From contig JAPOXB010000100.1 in the NCBI GenBank assembly GCA_026707335.1, positions 1-60,334 of the forward strand: a stretch of DNA of 60,334 nt. The letters are read 5' to 3'. Origin of the DNA: Chloroflexota bacterium. GTDB lineage: Bacteria; Chloroflexota; Dehalococcoidia; Bin125. Under the pieces are notes generated by a model, which did not search any database, was not told the DNA's origin, and worked only from the letters and a program-made list of their open reading frames with translations. The position numbers and the translations under genes were made by a program. Below, one piece after another: positions 56,374-60,334 of the stretch (position 1 is the first letter of the stretch; every line of letters starts with the position of its first letter).

Positions 56374-58359
56374 TCAGTCGCCGGTGGTGGGGGCGGCGGC
56401 CGGCGCGCCGCCGGCCTTTTCGATGCGGGCGCGCTCCCAGAGGCGGCTGAGCACGCCCAGCGACGCCGCCTCGTCGAACTCCGTCTCGTCCTGCTGCTCG
56501 GCGTAGGTCAGCCGGTAGAGCTCGGCGTAGCGGCCGCCGGCGGCGAGCAGCTCCTCGTGGCTGCCCGACTCGACGATGCGGCCGTCGCTCATCACCAGGA
56601 TGCGGTCGACGGAGCGGATCGTGCTCAGCCGGTGCGCGATGACGAAGGCCGTGCGGCCGCGCATCACGCGCGCGATCGCGGCCTGGATCATGGCCTCGGT
56701 CTGCGAGTCCACGTTGGCGGTCGCCTCGTCCAGGATCAGGATGCGCGGGTCGGCCACGATGGCCCGCGCGAAGGCCAGCAACTGCCGCTGCCCCACCGAG
56801 AGATTCTGCGCGCGCTCCGTCAGGACGGTGTCGTAGCCGTCGCGCAGGCGCCGGATCCACTCGTCCGCGCCGACGATCTGCGCCGCCCGGCGGACGTCCG
56901 CGTCGGTCGCGTCGAGGTTCCCGTAGCGGATGTTCTCGGCCACCGTGCCGGAGAAGAGGAACGGATCCTGCAGCACGACGCCCATCTGCCGGGTGAGCGA
57001 GCGCCGCTGCACGTCGCGCACGTCGTGCCCGTCGACCCGCACGGCGCCCTGCGTGACGTCGTAGCTGCGCGAGATCAGCGAGGTCATCGACGTCTTGCCG
57101 GCCCCGGTCGCGCCGACGAAGGCGACCGTCTCGCCCGCGCGGACGTGCAGGTCGATGTCGTGCAGCACCGGCAGGCCCTCCACGTAGGCCAGGGTGACGT
57201 TGTCGAAGACGACCTCGCCGGCGATGTCCTGGAGCTCCACCGCGTCGGGCTTGTCGACGATCTCGGGCTTCGTGTCGAGCACTTCGAAGATGCGCTCGGC
57301 GCCGGCGATCGCGCGCTGGAACATCGTGTATTGCAGCACCAGGTCGCGCACGGGGTCGAAGAAGCGCTGGATGTAGAGCGAGAAGCCCAGCACCGCCGCG
57401 AAGCCCAGCGCGGGGTCGAGCCCGCCGCCCACGATGCGCATCCCCGCGACGATGATGACCAGCGCCGTGGCGACCGCGATCAGCACCTCGACGAGGGGGA
57501 TGACGGAGGCGGTGAGCATGCCGGCGCGGCGGGTGGCGCGCAGGTTACGGGCGTTGATCCGGTCGAAGCGCCGCGCGTTCTCCTCCTCGCGGCTCAGCCC
57601 CTGCACGACGCGGACGCCGTTGAGGTCCTCGTTCAGGGTGCTGTTGACCCCGGCGATGGTGACGCGCACTTCCAGGAAGGCGCGCCGCGCGAACTTGCTC
57701 CAGACGATCATCACGACGATCAGGACCGGCAGCACGGCGAAGGTGACCAGCGCGAGCTGCCAGTCGAGGATCACGACCGCGGCGACGACGATGCCCAGCC
57801 CGATGACGTCGGCGATGACGGTCAGCACGCCGCTCGTTAGGAGCTCCTGCAGCACCTGCACGTCGGAGGTGACGCGCGACATCACGCGGCCGACCTCGGC
57901 GTCGTCGTAGAAGCGCTGCGAGAGCGACATCAGGTGGTCGAACATCTGGCGGCGCATGCGCAGCAGCACGCGGTGGCCGACGTGGGCCATGGCCCACTGG
58001 CGCACGTACTCCGCGGCCCAGGCGCCCAGCGCCACGCCGATGAAGGCGATCATCAGCCACTTGAGGCCCGAGAGGTCGCCCTCGGTGATGAAGTCCCGCA
58101 CGGCGATCGTGATCAGGAAGGGCTGGATGTAGGAGAAGCAGGCGAAGGCCACCATCGCGAGGAAGGCCACGCCCGCCTGGCGCTTGTGCGGGGCCAGGTA
58201 GCGCACCATGCGCCGGACCAGCGCCGGGTTGTAGAGCGAGCCGTACTCGTCCTGCCAGTCGCTCTGGTGGGAGCTGCCCCAGTTGGCCGCCCGCGAGCCG
58301 TGCCCCTGACCGCCGAGGTTGGTGGTCCAGCCGCCCGCCATCGATCCCCCGAAGCCCAT
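56374..58359 (-). CDS. ABC transporter, fused permease/ATP-binding subunit (type I exporter half-transporter B)
   Basis: 661 aa from ATG 58359 (TAATG overlap with the upstream stop). Six TM helices, then an NBD with GATGAGKTS, LSVGQRQLLAFARA and ILILDEATANVD. The 1218-aa track ORF is an out-of-frame over-extension. Confidence 0.92.
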   Translation of the reverse strand: MGFGGSMAGGWTTNLGGQGHGSRAANWGSSHQSDWQDEYGSLYNPALVRRMVRYLAPHKRQAGVAFLAMVAFACFSYIQPFLITIAVRDFITEGDLSGLKWLMIAFIGVALGAWAAEYVRQWAMAHVGHRVLLRMRRQMFDHLMSLSQRFYDDAEVGRVMSRVTSDVQVLQELLTSGVLTVIADVIGLGIVVAAVVILDWQLALVTFAVLPVLIVVMIVWSKFARRAFLEVRVTIAGVNSTLNEDLNGVRVVQGLSREEENARRFDRINARNLRATRRAGMLTASVIPLVEVLIAVATALVIIVAGMRIVGGGLDPALGFAAVLGFSLYIQRFFDPVRDLVLQYTMFQRAIAGAERIFEVLDTKPEIVDKPDAVELQDIAGEVVFDNVTLAYVEGLPVLHDIDLHVRAGETVAFVGATGAGKTSMTSLISRSYDVTQGAVRVDGHDVRDVQRRSLTRQMGVVLQDPFLFSGTVAENIRYGNLDATDADVRRAAQIVGADEWIRRLRDGYDTVLTERAQNLSVGQRQLLAFARAIVADPRILILDEATANVDSQTEAMIQAAIARVMRGRTAFVIAHRLSTIRSVDRILVMSDGRIVESGSHEELLAAGGRYAELYRLTYAEQQDETEFDEAASLGVLSRLWERARIEKAGGAPAAAPTTGD

Positions 58360-60245
58360 TACTCGGCCCCCCCGGCGATCTGGGCGTAGGCCTCGGCCTG
58401 ATCGCGCAACTCCAGGTCGTGGATCTCGCGGTACAGCCCGCCGGCCGCGAGCAGTTCCGCGTGCCGGCCGCGCTGCACGATGCGCCCCTGATCGAGGACC
58501 AGGATCTGGTCGGCGTCGCGCACGCTGCGCAGGCGGTGGGCGATGATGAACGTCGTCCGGCCCCGCATCAGCGCCGCCATGGCGGCCTGGATTTCCTGCT
58601 CGGTGCCCGTGTCGACGCTGGAGGTGGAGTCGTCGAAGACGAGCACGCGCGGGTCCATCAGCAGCGCCCGCGCGATGGCGATACGCTGCTTCTGCCCGCC
58701 CGAGAGCGTGTCGCCGCGCTCGCCCACCCAGGTGCGGTAGCCGGCCGGCAGCGAGTCGATGTAGTCGTGCACGCGGGCCAGCCGCGCCGCCGCCTCGACC
58801 TCCTCGTCGCTGGCGTCCGGGCGGCCGTAGGCGATGTTGTCGCGCAGGGTGGCGGAGAAGAGGAAGACGTCCTGCTGCACGATGGCGACCTCGGCCCGCA
58901 GGCCGAGCAGCGTCAGGTCGCGCACGTCGGCGCCGTCGAAGGTGACCGCGCCGCCGCTGACGTCGTAGAAGCGCGGGATCAGGTTGACGATGCTCGTCTT
59001 GCCGGAGCCGGTCGGCCCGAGCAGCGCCACGACCGCGCCGGGCTTGGCCTCGAAGCTGACCCGGTCGAGGACCGGCCGGGCGCCGTCGTAGCTGAAGCTC
59101 ACGTCGTCGAAGTGGATGTGCCCGCGCGGGGCCCGCGGCGCGACCGCGGTGGGGGACTCCAGCACCTCCGACTCGCGATCGACGATCTCGAAGATGCGCT
59201 GGCCGGCCGTCGCGGCGCGGGGCACCATCATCACGGCGAAGCCCAGCATGCGCACCGGCATCTGGATCAGCGCGATGAAGAAGAGCAGCTTGGTCAGCCC
59301 GCCGGCCGAGAGGCTGCCGTTCGCGACTTCGATCCCGCCGACCCAGACGGTGGCGATCATCGCGCCCATCCAGAGGGCGGTCAGCATGGGCTGCTGCTTG
59401 GCCTGGATGATGCTGGTGCGGAAGCTGGTGCGGTAGAGCCACTCCGCCTTGTCGCCGAACTTGCGGCCCTCCACCGGCTCGCGCGCGAAGGCCTTGACGA
59501 CGCGGATGCCGGTCAGCGCCTCCTGCAGCACGGTACCGAGTTGCGCCTGCCCCTCCTGCACGTCGCGCCAGAGTGGGAAGAGGGTGCGGGCGACCTGGGC
59601 GGAGCGCACGGCCAGCAGCACCATGAACGGCAGCGCGACCAGCGCCACCAGCCAGCTGGTGAGGAACATCAGCACGGTCACCGTGGTCAGCAGCCCCAGC
59701 ATGAAGATCAGGCGCACGCTGCCGAAGTTGAGGAACATCCGCACGACCTCGACGTCCTGCGTGGCGCGGACCATCACCTGCCCCGTCTCCGCATCGTCGT
59801 GGTAGGCGAAGGAGAGCCGCTGCAGGCGCTCGTAGATGTGGTTGCGGAGGTCGTAGGCGACGGCCTGCGCGACCGACTCGGCCAGGTAGGACTGGAGGAA
59901 CTGGAAGAGGCCGCGCAGCAGCGCCGCGCCCAGCAGCGCCACGCCGGCGATGATCAGCAGGCCCTCGTCGACGTCGACCGTCGTCACGCCGTCGCGGACC
60001 TGGACGCCGAGGCCGGTGTTGACCGCCCACTCCAGCAGCTCGGGCGTCGCGATGGCGAAGCCGCCCGTGGCGATGATCGCCAGCAGCGTGACGATGAGCC
60101 CGCGCCAGTAGGGCAGGGCGTAGCGGAACAGACGTCCCAGCACCCGCGCCCCGGCGCTCACGCCCTGCGGCCCCCGGCCGGCGGTGGCCGCGTTGGGGGC
60201 AGGCGCCGGAGCCCGCGCTCCGGGTGAGGAGGCAGCGTCGGCCAT
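58359..60245 (-). CDS. ABC transporter, fused permease/ATP-binding subunit (type I exporter half-transporter A)
   Basis: 628 aa. Six TM helices, then an NBD with GPTGSGKTS, LSGGQKQRIAIARA and VLVFDDSTSSVD. A possible TATACT -10 box lies at 60271..60276 on the minus strand. Confidence 0.92.
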   Translation of the reverse strand: MADAASSPGARAPAPAPNAATAGRGPQGVSAGARVLGRLFRYALPYWRGLIVTLLAIIATGGFAIATPELLEWAVNTGLGVQVRDGVTTVDVDEGLLIIAGVALLGAALLRGLFQFLQSYLAESVAQAVAYDLRNHIYERLQRLSFAYHDDAETGQVMVRATQDVEVVRMFLNFGSVRLIFMLGLLTTVTVLMFLTSWLVALVALPFMVLLAVRSAQVARTLFPLWRDVQEGQAQLGTVLQEALTGIRVVKAFAREPVEGRKFGDKAEWLYRTSFRTSIIQAKQQPMLTALWMGAMIATVWVGGIEVANGSLSAGGLTKLLFFIALIQMPVRMLGFAVMMVPRAATAGQRIFEIVDRESEVLESPTAVAPRAPRGHIHFDDVSFSYDGARPVLDRVSFEAKPGAVVALLGPTGSGKTSIVNLIPRFYDVSGGAVTFDGADVRDLTLLGLRAEVAIVQQDVFLFSATLRDNIAYGRPDASDEEVEAAARLARVHDYIDSLPAGYRTWVGERGDTLSGGQKQRIAIARALLMDPRVLVFDDSTSSVDTGTEQEIQAAMAALMRGRTTFIIAHRLRSVRDADQILVLDQGRIVQRGRHAELLAAGGLYREIHDLELRDQAEAYAQIAGGAE

Positions 60246-60334
60246 TTCACTCGTTCCCGTGGATGCGTCGAGTATAGGCCGGGTCGCTGCGACGCGGTCT
60301 CAGGCAACGTGCGCGGCGACACACGCGCGCGCGG

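Noticed and set aside
56374-60030. 1218-aa minus-strand ORF suggesting one giant ABC protein
   Set aside because: Its first ~557 residues are an Arg/Pro/Gly-rich out-of-frame read of the upstream ABC gene. The real protein starts at ATG 58359, overlapping the upstream TAA (TAATG), and gives a normal 661-aa half-transporter.

Overview
Very GC-rich bacterial chromosomal segment; third codon positions in real genes are almost all G/C. It is densely packed with about 60 protein-coding genes. I could not recognise any rRNA, tRNA, CRISPR array, transposase or integrase. Content by block: (1) housekeeping genes rsfS, tsaE-tsaB-ndk, gyrA, rex, mreB and murA. (2) A complete minus-strand F1Fo ATP synthase operon (atpZ-like, atpB, E, F, H, A, G, D, C). 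It has a HAD hydrolase wedged between atpG and atpD, and an a-subunit about twice normal length. (3) pyrF-DUF951-MFS-bifunctional nuclease, then comB-cinA-Eis-like GNAT, then a PadR plus membrane protein pair with a clear palindromic operator. (4) An orphan CbbQ/NorQ AAA+ / metallophosphoesterase / NorD-CbbO VWA operon. (5) A long minus-strand acyl/fatty-acid catabolic cluster: Ntn acylase, crotonases, two unknown paralogous small proteins, an F420-type DDN oxidoreductase, acyl-CoA ligase, EtfD-like membrane Fe-S protein and EtfBA. Further SDR, crotonase, ACAD and ADH genes follow it. (6) A repeat-containing surface protein, HIT-YqeK-RuvB, and a heterodimeric ABC exporter pair. Gene content and the atp-murA-mreB synteny suggest a high-GC monoderm lineage (Chloroflexota/Thermomicrobia-like or Actinomycetota). 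This cannot be established without a database search. Many long ORFs in the six-frame track are antisense or out-of-frame shadow ORFs typical of high-GC DNA and were not called. All functional calls come from motif recognition by eye; no search or folding program was run. Start codons were refined using SD sequences and stop/start overlaps visible in the sequence.
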